A stretch of DNA of 64,000 bases from an uncultured Candidatus Saccharibacteria bacterium (GCA_965225085.1 CBDDBE010000001.1:1641-65640), one strand, 5' to 3'. Positions 1 to 9,404 are shown, numbered from the stretch's first letter. The notes: a model not told the origin generated them from the letters alone. A program made the numbers and translations.

Positions 1-680
1 AAGGTGATTACGGCCTTCTCGATAGGCTGCGTGCTAATCTTGTTGATGATCTTTACCGGCACCTGACGGCCAGTTGCGACCATACTTAGCTGATACGGAT
101 CCTTGTGATCGGTCAGCGGGACCAGGACATTTGTGGTGAGATCCTGATAATACTTCTTCTTGGCGGTTACCGATTTGTCGCCGACCGCTACGTCCTTCAG
201 CATCACTTTGCCCTGGGCGTCGCTCGAGGCCGACTTGCCTGCTGCGCTGACTGTGACACCGCTAACTGGTTTGTTGGTCTTGCTATCGACGAGGGTAAAT
301 GTCACGTCCTTGTGCACGAAAACGCCCAGAATCGCATAGCGTGTTAGTGGCACGGCAAACAAAACGCCCAAGATCACCACGACAGCCAACGACGAAACGA
401 GCGCGATTTTCTTGCGCGTCCATCCACGCTTGGCGCCAAAGGATTTACTGGGCGCCTTGCTCTCCTTTTCGGCGTCCTGAATCGCTACCTCGAGTGGGGT
501 TGCGGACTCAAGCATGTCCTTGCTAATCGGCTCATCGACTGAGGCGTGGTCCCCGCCTGGAGCCGTATCTTCCTTCGTCGAATCCTTAATCTCGATATTT
601 CCTTCGTGCGTGTCATGCTCACTATCATGCCCCGCACCGTGTTCTGGCGATTTTTTTTCGTCTGGCACAGCTGTATCCAT
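1..680 (-). CDS. hypothetical membrane-anchored protein (N-terminus complete, C-terminus beyond window edge)
   Basis: Manual minus-strand translation from ATG (678-680): MDTAVPDEKKSPEHGAGHDSEHD...KKIALVSSLAVVVILGVLFAV (single TM), then a beta-rich ectodomain. The frame is open to position 1. It is absent from the ORF track because no stop lies in the window. Confidence 0.6.
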   Translation of the reverse strand, partial: MDTAVPDEKKSPEHGAGHDSEHDTHEGNIEIKDSTKEDTAPGGDHASVDEPISKDMLESATPLEVAIQDAEKESKAPSKSFGAKRGWTRKKIALVSSLAVVVILGVLFAVPLTRYAILGVFVHKDVTFTLVDSKTNKPVSGVTVSAAGKSASSDAQGKVMLKDVAVGDKSVTAKKKYYQDLTTNVLVPLTDHKDPYQLSMVATGRQVPVKIINKISTQPIEKAVIT

Positions 681-728
681 CCTTATAGTTACCTTAAGCT
701 TAATGCAGATCTAGCGCTCATACAAGTA

Positions 729-757
729 TTGCTAGAACTATAAAACGATGCTATAAT
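729..757 (+). promoter_or_regulatory. sigma70-like promoter (TTGCTA-17-TATAAT)
   Basis: -35 ttgcta at 729-734, 17-nt spacer, -10 tataat at 752-757, about 40 nt upstream of the ATG at 798. Confidence 0.4.
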
Positions 758-797
758 ATTACTCGTCCCCACCCCACCGTGATCAAAAGGACTCACG

Positions 798-1316
798 ATG
801 ACAAGATCACAGCACACGGCAGTGCACCCAGACATCGCATGGACCTGCGCGCGGCTCCAACGCCGTTCTGAACGTTTGGAGTCAACGATCGGCCTGCTCG
901 TAGTCCTGGAGGCTCTCTACATCGGTGTCCTCTGGTGCGTTCCAGCCCGAGAGGTTCCGCTACCCTTCATCATCCCACTGGTGGTTGGCATAGTAATATT
1001 GGCCCCTCTGGGGTTCGCCAACTGGCTCTGCAAGATGAAGATCAAGTGGCTGAAGCGGTGGCGGAGTGACCGTGAGTACACGTTCGATGGCAAGACGACA
1101 GGTCTCGCGCGGAACATCGAGGCGCTGTTCGACCAGATCACCAACCGCGCCGACCTGGCCCTGGCCACCGTCCACCGAGCGAACGCCATGTATTTCCTCG
1201 GGGCGCGCATGATTCTGAGGCAGGCTACCGACCCTGCGTGGCCTACGTGCAACCAGGGCTATGCCGACGCCCAGAACGCACTCAAGGAGCTAGCAGCCAA
1301 GGCCGCAGCCTCCTGA
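798..1316 (+). CDS. hypothetical membrane protein
   Basis: 172-aa ORF with two hydrophobic segments (IGLLVVLEALYIGVLW, IIPLVVGIVILAPLGF). No family recognised. G/C-rich codons. Confidence 0.55.
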   Translation: MTRSQHTAVHPDIAWTCARLQRRSERLESTIGLLVVLEALYIGVLWCVPAREVPLPFIIPLVVGIVILAPLGFANWLCKMKIKWLKRWRSDREYTFDGKTTGLARNIEALFDQITNRADLALATVHRANAMYFLGARMILRQATDPAWPTCNQGYADAQNALKELAAKAAAS

Positions 1317-1327
1317 CTCGCCGCTTT

Positions 1328-1366
1328 GGCGGGCCATCTGCAGTTCGCATTGCAGATCGGCCCGCC
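1328..1366 (+). terminator. GC-rich hairpin after the 798-1316 ORF
   Basis: ggcgggccatctgcag / tgcagatcggcccgcc inverted repeat, with no clear U tract. Confidence 0.4.
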
Positions 1367-1405
1367 GCGGTACAACAAATTTTGCTCGTAAAACTTAGGT
1401 AGAGG

Positions 1406-1434
1406 TTGATTTTTCTCTGTTACAACGATATTAT
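1406..1434 (+). promoter_or_regulatory. sigma70-like promoter for tRNA-Leu (TTGATT-17-TATTAT)
   Basis: -35 at 1406-1411, -10 at 1429-1434, about 24 nt upstream of the tRNA 5' end. Confidence 0.4.
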
Positions 1435-1457
1435 AAGTTTCGTCCACATATAACTAT

Positions 1458-1543
1458 GCGCGAGTGGCGGAATGGTAGACGCGCTAGCTTCAGGTGCTAG
1501 TGTCCCTCGGGACGTGGAGGTTCAAGTCCTCTCTCGCGTACCA
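1458..1543 (+). tRNA. tRNA-Leu (anticodon CAG), CCA encoded
   Basis: Hand-folded cloverleaf. Acceptor GCGCGAG/CTCGCGT, anticodon stem CTAGC/GCTAG with loop TTCAGGT, long variable arm, T arm GGAGG-TTCAAGT-CCTCT, 3' ACCA. Confidence 0.9.
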
Positions 1544-1552
1544 AGATAAGGA

Positions 1553-1576
1553 ACCAGGTCTTTACCTGGTTTTTTA
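1553..1576 (+). terminator. rho-independent terminator after tRNA-Leu
   Basis: accaggt-cttt-acctggt followed by TTTTTT. Confidence 0.7.
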
Positions 1577-1650
1577 TTGCCCAAAATTGACACAGCCCCA
1601 CAGTATGATATAACATATGTTTATCCTATCCTCGAGACCAGGAGGTCGGC

Positions 1651-2073
1651 ATGAAAGGCTTGAGCGCACGCGAGGCAGGGTTCCGCGGCTTGCGGAGCGA
1701 AGGGTGGACGCTGATCGGGCCTATCGCGACGTTCTTAGGCCTGGTGGTAGGCCTGACGACAAATGTTCGCGCAGGGGTCATCGCCGGAGGTGCAGTGTCG
1801 CTCTTCGGAGTGGCTATCCTGACCCTCGGCTACATGCTTGGCGACATCTTCGGCCACTACTGGATGGTAGCGCAAGCGGTCGCCGCCGCGCCCATCACGG
1901 CTCTGGCCTGGGCTCTAAACATCACCACCTGGCAGTGGACTCTCGCCGGAACGGGTGTCGTGATAGTGCTGACCGGGATCACGGTCGGTATAGCGCGGAC
2001 GAGTTCGACTGAGAATGGACTCTGGGAACTGGTGAAAACCACAATCCGAGGGTTCGCCCCGGGCCACCGTTAG
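1651..2073 (+). CDS. hypothetical multi-pass membrane protein
   Basis: 140-aa ORF. SD aggagg lies 6 nt upstream. About 4 hydrophobic helices. No family recognised. Confidence 0.6.
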   Translation: MKGLSAREAGFRGLRSEGWTLIGPIATFLGLVVGLTTNVRAGVIAGGAVSLFGVAILTLGYMLGDIFGHYWMVAQAVAAAPITALAWALNITTWQWTLAGTGVVIVLTGITVGIARTSSTENGLWELVKTTIRGFAPGHR

Positions 2074-2080
2074 CATTTCA

Positions 2081-2122
2081 GGGCCTTGGCGCGCGTCATA
2101 AGCGATGCGCCAAGGCCCTTTT
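2081..2122. terminator. perfect 12-bp hairpin between convergent genes
   Basis: gggccttggcgc ... gcgccaaggccc followed by TTTT on the plus strand. Confidence 0.6.
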
Positions 2123-2129
2123 ACATGTC

Positions 2130-2372
2130 CTACCTTCTGCGGCGGTGCTCGTTTATAAGCGCCAAGCCGACGATAGCTACCCCGGCCCATACGATATTAA
2201 TCACCACGTGCACATAAGCAGTTTTGGCAAAGCTGTAGACTATCAAGAGTGCTGCCGCAGCGAGATTGCTCAGCTGATATTTAACAGTGTGCGTCTGCCA
2301 GCGCTTGGTTGTCGCCATAAAATACGCCAGCAGTAGTAGTGTCGCGCCAATCGCGCCCAGGATGTCGATCAT
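2130..2372 (-). CDS. small 3-TM membrane protein (SemiSWEET/CBU_0592-like size and topology)
   Basis: 80 aa with three hydrophobic helices. Its start ATG overlaps the upstream gene's stop (ATGA at 2369-2372). Confidence 0.55.
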   Translation of the reverse strand: MIDILGAIGATLLLLAYFMATTKRWQTHTVKYQLSNLAAAALLIVYSFAKTAYVHVVINIVWAGVAIVGLALINEHRRRR

Positions 2373-4009
2373 GTGCGTGGCAAGTGGTCGGCCAGGTGAT
2401 CCATGCTATATTCGTGACGCAGATACGTGGCAACTTCTTCCTTGCTGACATCGATTTTGACACCAGGATTCAGGATGTTATGCGGGTCAAAGATGCGCTT
2501 CACTTCCTGGAACAACTGATACACTTCTGGCCCAAAAACTTTCGGCAGGTACGGCCCACGTGCGCGCCCGTCGTTGTGTTCGCCGGCCGTGCTACCGCCC
2601 AGGCTGAACACCATGTCGTAGTACTCATCCATCAGCTTGAAGACTTTTTGACGATCGCCAAGTTTGCCGAGGTCCATATACGGCTGCAGGTGAAGGTTGG
2701 CGTCGCCGGCGTGTCCCCACAGTGCGACTTCCAGATGATATTTCTCGAACAATGTATAGATGCCCTGCATAAATTCCTGCAAGCGCTCGCGAGGCACGAT
2801 GCCATCCTCGATAATCGGCAGCGCCTTTAGGTTTGCGTCCGAATGAGCAATCAGAATTGCAGCACTGTGGCGAATTGCCCATAGCTTTTGCTGCTCGTCG
2901 TAGTCATCGCTGACCTTGTAGCTGACGCGATAATTCTTCAGGATTTTCTCGGCCCGCTTGGCCTTGCCTGATTGTTTGCGATCGCCATCGTCATCGAATT
3001 CGCATAGTAATACCAGTTCGGGATACGGCGGCTCAATCATTCCCTTCAGCCGACTAGGGCTAATCCTGGCGGTCATTTCGAGTAGGTGCTTGTCGACCAT
3101 CTCGAGCGCACTTGGCGCAAGCTTTAACAGATCGGCAACGGCGCTGTTTGCTTCCTTTAGGTCCTCGAAACACACGACAAGCAGCGTCGTCTTGGGAGTA
3201 TACGGCTCGACCTTCACAATCGCCTCAGTAATAATACCCAGCGTTCCTTGCGAACCAACTAGAAGCGGTGTCAGGTCAAAACTACCGTCCTTGCGCTTTA
3301 CCTGGCTCAGCGCATAACCAGCCGAGTTCTTGCTGAGGTTAGGCAACTGAGCGTGCTGAGCAATGAGCTCCCAGTTGTCGGTAATGAGCCCATCGAGCTG
3401 GCGATAAACTTCACCCTCAAAGTTGGTCAGGCCCTTTTTGCGATTGAGCTCGCGTTTACTAACGCGTGTGGTCTGGATCAATTCGCCATCAGCCAATACA
3501 ACCTCGAGACCCTGGACATATCTACGCGTATCGCCGTACTTGATGGTCTTTTCGCCGGCAGTATTGTTAGCAATGGCGCCACCCAACGTAGCGTAGTCTA
3601 TCGACGACGGATACGGCGGCAGGAAAAGGCCGTGGGTATTTATGGCCTGCTGAAAGGCGAGATAGTTCATCCCCGGCTGGACTCGAGCCAAGCGCTGTTT
3701 GGTATCGAGTTCGAGCAGACGATTCATGTGCGCCGGAAAAACCATGACAATTCCCTTGCCAATCGCCGCTCCGCTTTGGTCGCTGCCCCGACCACGTGCG
3801 GTAATGGGCAAGCTGTGACCTTTCTCGGCCAGCTGCCAACTAAAACGCGCCACTTTACGTACGTCGTTCACGTTCTTGGGGTAGATGACCATACTCGGCA
3901 TTACTTCGAACACGCCACCATCCGTCGAGAAATACTTGCGGACACCAGCGGTGCTAAGTACCTCGCCGACGATATGTTCTTGCAGATAGTTTGCAACTTT
4001 ATTATTCAC
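2369..4009 (-). CDS. FAD-binding oxidoreductase (GlcD / D-lactate dehydrogenase-like FAD-linked oxidase)
   Basis: 546 aa. N-terminal FAD_binding_4-like region (ITARGRGSDQSGAAIGKGIVMVF) and a C-terminal FAD-oxidase domain. GTG start with SD aagaggtgg. Confidence 0.88.
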   Translation of the reverse strand: MNNKVANYLQEHIVGEVLSTAGVRKYFSTDGGVFEVMPSMVIYPKNVNDVRKVARFSWQLAEKGHSLPITARGRGSDQSGAAIGKGIVMVFPAHMNRLLELDTKQRLARVQPGMNYLAFQQAINTHGLFLPPYPSSIDYATLGGAIANNTAGEKTIKYGDTRRYVQGLEVVLADGELIQTTRVSKRELNRKKGLTNFEGEVYRQLDGLITDNWELIAQHAQLPNLSKNSAGYALSQVKRKDGSFDLTPLLVGSQGTLGIITEAIVKVEPYTPKTTLLVVCFEDLKEANSAVADLLKLAPSALEMVDKHLLEMTARISPSRLKGMIEPPYPELVLLCEFDDDGDRKQSGKAKRAEKILKNYRVSYKVSDDYDEQQKLWAIRHSAAILIAHSDANLKALPIIEDGIVPRERLQEFMQGIYTLFEKYHLEVALWGHAGDANLHLQPYMDLGKLGDRQKVFKLMDEYYDMVFSLGGSTAGEHNDGRARGPYLPKVFGPEVYQLFQEVKRIFDPHNILNPGVKIDVSKEEVATYLRHEYSMDHLADHLPRT

Positions 4010-4104
4010 TGGGCCACCTCTTGATCAAACAGCTTATGTTACTCACATAATATCATATGAGGCGCTATAGGACAGTAGGCGTCGGCGGATTTGCTTTGGC
4101 CCTC

Positions 4105-4166
4105 TATAAGAAAACCGCCCCGCACGCAGGGCAGCTTCCTTGTGAAGCCTCCGCTGGTACGGGGCG
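4105..4166 (-). terminator. hairpin plus T-rich tail downstream of the 4189-4575 ORF
   Basis: cgccccg/cggggcg stem with a structured loop. On the minus strand it is followed by GTTTTCTTAT. Confidence 0.45.
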
Positions 4167-4188
4167 CGACTGATACTGATAGAGGAGC

Positions 4189-4575
4189 CTAGCGTCGCAC
4201 AGGCTTCAAAAGTATCCTTACTGCGTATCGGCATCGCTCGCCCGAAGGCGCACGCGACGCAGGCCCAAGATCGAGCTCCTCGTGGATTGCTATCTCCAAC
4301 TCAGCCATGCTGTCGGCCGCAACAAACCGGCCGCCCTCTCGCAAAAAGTCAGCCAGGCTCTTGAAGTCGCTAACTCCAGCATCGGCGCATGGGACTTTGG
4401 TGATACTCGTTCCACGCATCCCGCCAAGCGCGCTGCCACCATGTACGGGCAAAAACCGGTACCAGAACTGCACTTCGCTAGTAGCGCCGAAGGTCACTGT
4501 CACACCGAGAATGGCGGCGCCGCGCTGGTTAAATGCCACCTCAGGAACAACAATCTGCAGGCCTCTGACTGCCAT
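4189..4575 (-). CDS. hypothetical protein
   Basis: 128-aa ORF with SD gaagaggtga 7 nt upstream of the ATG. No family recognised. Confidence 0.5.
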   Translation of the reverse strand: MAVRGLQIVVPEVAFNQRGAAILGVTVTFGATSEVQFWYRFLPVHGGSALGGMRGTSITKVPCADAGVSDFKSLADFLREGGRFVAADSMAELEIAIHEELDLGPASRAPSGERCRYAVRILLKPVRR

Positions 4576-4650
4576 AGGATCACCTCTTCGATCAAATTGC
4601 GAGCCATCACCTTGCGCGATGGCTAGGATGTTGTAATTATATCAGAAAAA

Positions 4651-5700
4651 TTAATAACGACTGATCTTATTAAAGGTATACCCCGCCCGCAGCAGCATAG
4701 CGCCCATCACGGTTACGAGCGCGAAGAGTATGTAGGCGATCACACCTTCCATATACGGGCCGGCAAGCACTCTCAGTACATATAAATATATCGTTACAAC
4801 CACGATTGACCAAATCGCCTGATATAAAGTGTTGATTGGCGTTTTATAAAGATCAGGAACTAATTTGGCAGCCTTGGGGAAAGCCACTAACGACCAGATG
4901 GGCGTAACCATAATCCAGGCCCACATCATACCAGTGATGCGAATGACCATATCGACTCTTTGCTGTAACAAATCAGGAAAAAACCACGTAGCAGCCATAA
5001 GCGGAACCACCATCACAACAAAAGGTACGCTGGACGACCATATACCCTTAACCCCCACCAAACGTGCATATTTCATATCGCCCAAGTGAAACAAAGACGC
5101 TGCAACAAGGACGGGCAACGAGAACAACACGTTGACGAACTCCTGGTTGCGTAAGTCAAAAATCTCTAGAATGGGCTGCTCCAAAAGGCTAAGTCCCAGC
5201 AAGGTCACCCCACTGGCAATCAGTACAAACGCCTGACGAAGCGACGATCGGAACGAACCAAGCGCCGTCAGAAAAAACCACGCCCCACCCATGTGCAGCA
5301 ATGCGAATAACGTTGCGCCACCTATCAGAACCCGCTGTTCGATAGTCGTAACCGGCAGTCCAACCGCCAAGGCAGCGGCCGTTATAATAGCTATGCTCGT
5401 TACGACGTACAGCCGTATCTTGTCGCGCCCGGCACGAGTAGGCCTGAAGTGCTGTTCTAGCTGCAGGTCCAGGGACTCCGCAGTAAAGTAGCGCAGTGTC
5501 TCCTTGGTAGTCAGATACGCCTTAAGGCCCTTCTCTACTTCAGCCAGTATCACCGCGTCGTTGGCACTAAGTGGCATGCTTGGATTGACGCGCGCGGTCA
5601 CTCCGCGGAACGTGTCCAAAAGCGTATCAACCTCAGCCGGACGGGAGGTCAACGACGCTAAATACACAATACGATCAATCGCTGCTGAAGCAGGTTGCAT
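4651..5700 (-). CDS. hypothetical polytopic membrane protein
   Basis: 349 aa. A soluble N-terminal ~95 aa is followed by about 8 hydrophobic helices. Confidence 0.7.
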   Translation of the reverse strand: MQPASAAIDRIVYLASLTSRPAEVDTLLDTFRGVTARVNPSMPLSANDAVILAEVEKGLKAYLTTKETLRYFTAESLDLQLEQHFRPTRAGRDKIRLYVVTSIAIITAAALAVGLPVTTIEQRVLIGGATLFALLHMGGAWFFLTALGSFRSSLRQAFVLIASGVTLLGLSLLEQPILEIFDLRNQEFVNVLFSLPVLVAASLFHLGDMKYARLVGVKGIWSSSVPFVVMVVPLMAATWFFPDLLQQRVDMVIRITGMMWAWIMVTPIWSLVAFPKAAKLVPDLYKTPINTLYQAIWSIVVVTIYLYVLRVLAGPYMEGVIAYILFALVTVMGAMLLRAGYTFNKISRY

Positions 5701-5803
5701 ACTGTCAGTATAGCAAAGACCAGTAACTTTACGAGCTCCTCACAGGACCAGTTGAATGAAAAAGCCCGTGCCGCCAGGTTGGACGACACGGGCTGCAAGG
5801 CGG

Positions 5804-6271
5804 CTACGGCCTGACCTTGAAAACAGCGTCGATCACGACCGCAGCGCCCAAGGGCAACGAGGCTACACCGATCTCGGTGCGTATCGACGGATCGACATCG
5901 ACACCAAGCAGCTGGCTTGCGAAATGACTTGCGCCGTCGGCCACGCTGGAGATGTCCGTGAAATCCGGAGTGCAGTTGACAAACACCCTCAGACGAAGCG
6001 CCTCGTAAATCTCGTGAAGGCCGGCGACCGAAGCCGCAGCGTAAAAGCACTGCACCATGCACAGCTCGGCAGCCTTTACCGCGTCCTCGAGCGAGACTTC
6101 AACGCCGACCTTGCCGACGACTACAGAGCCATCCAGCCTGACGGGGACCTGGCCGGACGTCTCGACGCGCTGCCCGGTCCGCTTGGCGCTGCTGGTGGGG
6201 TACCTCGGGTTCCGGTGAGGCTGAGGCAGCCACTGGTAGCCCAGCTCTTCCAAATGTTGGATGCGATTCAT
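5804..6271 (-). CDS. RidA/YjgF family protein (long-form, Atu1372-like)
   Basis: MNRIQHLEELGY...SGQVPV...AAELCMVQC...LRLRVFVNC...DGASHFASQLLG...IGVASLPLGAAVVIDAVF matches the YjgF/RidA fold pattern. Start moved to the internal ATG at 6271. Confidence 0.8.
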   Translation of the reverse strand: MNRIQHLEELGYQWLPQPHRNPRYPTSSAKRTGQRVETSGQVPVRLDGSVVVGKVGVEVSLEDAVKAAELCMVQCFYAAASVAGLHEIYEALRLRVFVNCTPDFTDISSVADGASHFASQLLGVDVDPSIRTEIGVASLPLGAAVVIDAVFKVRP

Positions 6272-6402
6272 GATCGTGCCCTTCGATAGTTCGAGTGAAT
6301 CATCAGCAACTATAGATCCCATCTCGCCGAGCTGTCAAGACAACGCGCCGCTACGAGTCGCACCTTAAGCCTCCAGAGCCCGAGCCCTTGTATACCTAAC
6401 TC

Positions 6403-7347
6403 TCAATTCTGAAGCGGTGAGACCTGGCGCCAACCGTCAGTCGCATTCTTGTCCTGTTCGAGACGAGTCCAATCCTTGCCCATTGTTTCCTCTATTTTGA
6501 TCGCATCAGCTGGGTTGTATGCATGCTGGACAGCACCCTCCAGTGTTGCCCCTATTGGCAAACCGTTCTCGGATAGTTTTGCCAACTCGCTGGGCGGCAG
6601 GGTCTCAGTAGCGTATGGCTTGGCCAGTGCAGTTGTGTGCACAACCAACGTCAGCCACGAGCCAACTCGTAGCCGCTCCACACCAATCTTCTGGCCCTTT
6701 TCGTAAAAGGTCGCATTCTTGTCCGTAGCAATATGCACATTAGCGTAACTCTGACCGTTCAATCCAAGATCAACGGTTATCCCTTTGCTGTCAACACCCT
6801 TCAGCTGAGCATAAGGCGAAAAATACTGCTCCTGATACGGCTGAAAATCTTGTGTACCTTTCTTAGGGGATGTCCCTGTGAGATCAGGAAACAACTGCGT
6901 AACAAGATCAGCCTCGCAGTAACCAATCAGACCCTGGGTCAGTTGTTCTATACTCGTGTGCGATGTGGCGCTCATTTCATAGTACTCATGTTGCGGACCA
7001 TTCTGTTCTTGCCCTTGACAGCTGCTGTAGTTAATCCAGAACCGTTTGTCCCCATTTGCCAGCGTCGTGATACCTTCGGCCTGGTCCAATCGAATATCAG
7101 GTCGTAGCCATGCAGCAGTCGCGAAAGCTGCGCCGCCGGCTAGCAGCCCAACGACACCGGCCGCAAGGCCTAGGCGTTTTACTAGTGAATAATGTGACAT
7201 CTGTAGTCTCCTGTACATCCCGGCCTTGCCATGCCTCCAGGCCTGTTTGCGCCTGCCTGTTTGCAAACCCATCATTGTTCGATCTGTAAAATCAGTCGTC
7301 AATGATCGACGCGGCTCAATACCTCCGCCCTGCCTATCTTTGCTCAT
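6403..7347 (-). CDS. putative anti-sigma factor / membrane-anchored extracytoplasmic protein
   Basis: Start overlaps the sigma gene stop by 4 nt. It has a cytoplasmic N-terminus, one TM (LGLAAGVVGLLAGGAAFATAAW) and a ~235-aa external domain of no recognised family. Confidence 0.55.
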   Translation of the reverse strand: MSKDRQGGGIEPRRSLTTDFTDRTMMGLQTGRRKQAWRHGKAGMYRRLQMSHYSLVKRLGLAAGVVGLLAGGAAFATAAWLRPDIRLDQAEGITTLANGDKRFWINYSSCQGQEQNGPQHEYYEMSATSHTSIEQLTQGLIGYCEADLVTQLFPDLTGTSPKKGTQDFQPYQEQYFSPYAQLKGVDSKGITVDLGLNGQSYANVHIATDKNATFYEKGQKIGVERLRVGSWLTLVVHTTALAKPYATETLPPSELAKLSENGLPIGATLEGAVQHAYNPADAIKIEETMGKDWTRLEQDKNATDGWRQVSPLQN

Positions 7348-7859
7348 GACAAAGCCTCCTTTAATTGTTGTTTAGCCCGATGAAGCCAGCCACAGACTGA
7401 CCCAATTGGCACATCCATGTACCGAGCGATCTCATCGTATTGATACCCATGCCAGTAATACAGCAGTACTGCCGCTCGATGCTTTGGCCTCAAACGCTGT
7501 ACTGCTTCGTACACTTCTCGGTCGCGAACACGTTGGTCTGGGGCAGCCAAGGTGCTGACTAGTTGCAATTCGTCCTCAAGCGGCACGTCCTTACGTCGTC
7601 GCAGGGACTCGATAGCTAGCCTGGTCGCAATGGTAAATAACCACGTTTTAAAGCTAGCCTTGGCGGGATCATAGCTATCCAGCTTCATAAACGCTCGTAT
7701 GAATGCCTCCTGCGCCACGTCCTCGGCGCTATCTTCATCGTGCACTATATAAAAGCAGTGACGATACAGACCATCTTTGTAGCGGTCGACCAAGAATCGA
7801 TATGACTCGTGATCGCCACTGATTATGTGAGCGATAAGCTCTTTTTCGTCGTTGCCCAT
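7344..7859 (-). CDS. RNA polymerase sigma-70 family ECF sigma factor
   Basis: 171 aa. Region 2 (DVAQEAFIRAF...FKTWLFTIA) and region 4 HTH (YQYDEIARYMDVPIGSVCGWLHRAKQQL). Confidence 0.9.
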   Translation of the reverse strand: MGNDEKELIAHIISGDHESYRFLVDRYKDGLYRHCFYIVHDEDSAEDVAQEAFIRAFMKLDSYDPAKASFKTWLFTIATRLAIESLRRRKDVPLEDELQLVSTLAAPDQRVRDREVYEAVQRLRPKHRAAVLLYYWHGYQYDEIARYMDVPIGSVCGWLHRAKQQLKEALS

Positions 7860-7893
7860 ACTCTTTATACGAAAATCGCCAGCTAATAGTTAC

Positions 7894-7929
7894 AAAAAAA
7901 TGTGGCCCTCTGTGTGCAGGAGGGCCACA
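7894..7929 (-). terminator. rho-independent terminator of the 7938-8504 gene
   Basis: tgtggccctc / gagggccaca 10-bp stem, followed on the minus strand by TTTTTTT. Confidence 0.7.
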
Positions 7930-7937
7930 GCCGCTTG

Positions 7938-8504
7938 CTAGGGCGCTAGCACGGTTGTAGGTTGCGGAAACAACCGAAGAACCCCGCCGTTGCCAAGGAC
8001 ACCCTGCTCGCCCTCGAATTCCTCCGCGTACGAACGGCCCTCCACGACGCGCACGATGGCTCGCCCGATAGTTCCATGCCCCACGACCAGCACGATCTCA
8101 GAGCTCAGCCCTCTTATCCATGCCACCGCCGAAGCAGCTCGCTCTTGCAAAGCCTCGACCGTTTCTGCGCCCGGAACAGTGTCGAACCCATCCGGCCAGC
8201 ACTCCTTGATGTCGGTGTTGAGCATACCCGTTGCCTCGCCCCAGAGCCTCTCATCAAGCAACGTCTGGTGGAGAATACGATCGTCGTAGCCGAACACGTC
8301 GGCCATCGCATTGGCGCTTTGGATCGCCCGTTTCAGCGTCGAGCAAACGATCAACGTCGGCCGAATGCCCCGTCTTATCATCAGACGCGCGGCCTTTTCG
8401 GCCTGAGCCCAGCCTTCCTCCGTCAACTCCGTGTCCGGCCTACTCCTGTGGCCAGTCGACAGATCGACCGTCTGCCCGTGTCGACAGTAATACGCCTCTT
8501 CCAT
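7938..8504 (-). CDS. histidine phosphatase family protein (phosphoglycerate mutase-like)
   Basis: RHGQT catalytic motif near the N-terminus and VVGHGT near the C-terminus. SD agaggtg. Confidence 0.85.
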   Translation of the reverse strand: MEEAYYCRHGQTVDLSTGHRSRPDTELTEEGWAQAEKAARLMIRRGIRPTLIVCSTLKRAIQSANAMADVFGYDDRILHQTLLDERLWGEATGMLNTDIKECWPDGFDTVPGAETVEALQERAASAVAWIRGLSSEIVLVVGHGTIGRAIVRVVEGRSYAEEFEGEQGVLGNGGVLRLFPQPTTVLAP

Positions 8505-8510
8505 GATGCT

Positions 8511-8729
8511 TCACCTCTGTATCTCGTGCGGACAACCCGCCCTATGCAAACATTCGTTATAGTAAGCGCCAATGCTCGCGAAAGCAATACATGAGCGTGC
8601 ATAGCTAAACGAGCATCCAATTTGAACCGGAGCCTGAGACACCGCTTGCGGCTCTGGAGTCGTCGCGTGGGAACCGCACCCCGCGAAAAACGCTCCAAAT
8701 ACCGACAATACGACTGCCAGTCGTTTCAT
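8511..8729 (-). CDS. small putative lipoprotein
   Basis: MKRLAVVLSVFGAFFAGC signal peptide with a lipobox Cys. SD gaggt. Confidence 0.55.
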   Translation of the reverse strand: MKRLAVVLSVFGAFFAGCGSHATTPEPQAVSQAPVQIGCSFSYARSCIAFASIGAYYNECLHRAGCPHEIQR

Positions 8730-8949
8730 AGGCTACCTCGCTATAGGAGTTTCGGATACATCTCACCTTTAGTTCACTCTACCGTTAATAGTGCTAGTCA
8801 GCAACCAAGAGTGTAGCGTGCGACCTATCTTTTCTCAGCCTAAGACTCCAAAACGCATTGAAGGCTTGGGCTGACGGGCTCCTGAAAATGAAAAATTTAC
8901 GATAGTACGTGTCGATCGTGGTTATCAAACACTGAAGCTGAGATTAATT

Positions 8950-9387
8950 CTATCGTGGTGCAGCATAAAGGACGGTTTCGCTAAAGGCCATAAGCTGTTC
9001 GCGTAGTGGGCTTAGTGCCATTTTATCTTTAAGACTTGTAAACAGAGGAGCAGACTCTTGCTCGAAGATAGTCGTAACGCTCTTGACAGTATTTCCACCC
9101 AACATAGTCGGCTTAAGGTGTACGACATGTCGGTTTTGTGAGTCCAATGACTCCTCGACGTAGGCTGCATCTACCAAAATCCTAACAACTCTCCCAATCG
9201 CAACATGCGAACAGCTAAGCTTGCGTGCCAGTTGCGATCTAGTAATTCCGGGAAAGCGATTAATGAGCAGCAAAGCCGTGAATTGCGCGCGGCTTATTCC
9301 GGTATTTGGCGCGATGTGGGCGTCGTAGTAGGCATTGAAGATATTGACTGCTCGGTTTAGCTCGAATATAAATTCAAAGTTTTCCAT
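8950..9387 (-). CDS. MarR family transcriptional regulator
   Basis: 145 aa with a winged-helix region (ISRAQFTALLLINRFPGITRSQLARKLSCSHVAIGRVVRILVDAAYVEE). Confidence 0.85.
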   Translation of the reverse strand: MENFEFIFELNRAVNIFNAYYDAHIAPNTGISRAQFTALLLINRFPGITRSQLARKLSCSHVAIGRVVRILVDAAYVEESLDSQNRHVVHLKPTMLGGNTVKSVTTIFEQESAPLFTSLKDKMALSPLREQLMAFSETVLYAAPR

Positions 9388-9404
9388 CTGATTTCATTGA
9401 TTAT

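Noticed and set aside
5756-6289. 177-aa plus-strand ORF overlapping the RidA gene
   Set aside because: The minus-strand translation matches the RidA/YjgF pattern throughout. The plus-strand product is Arg/Ala-rich with no features.
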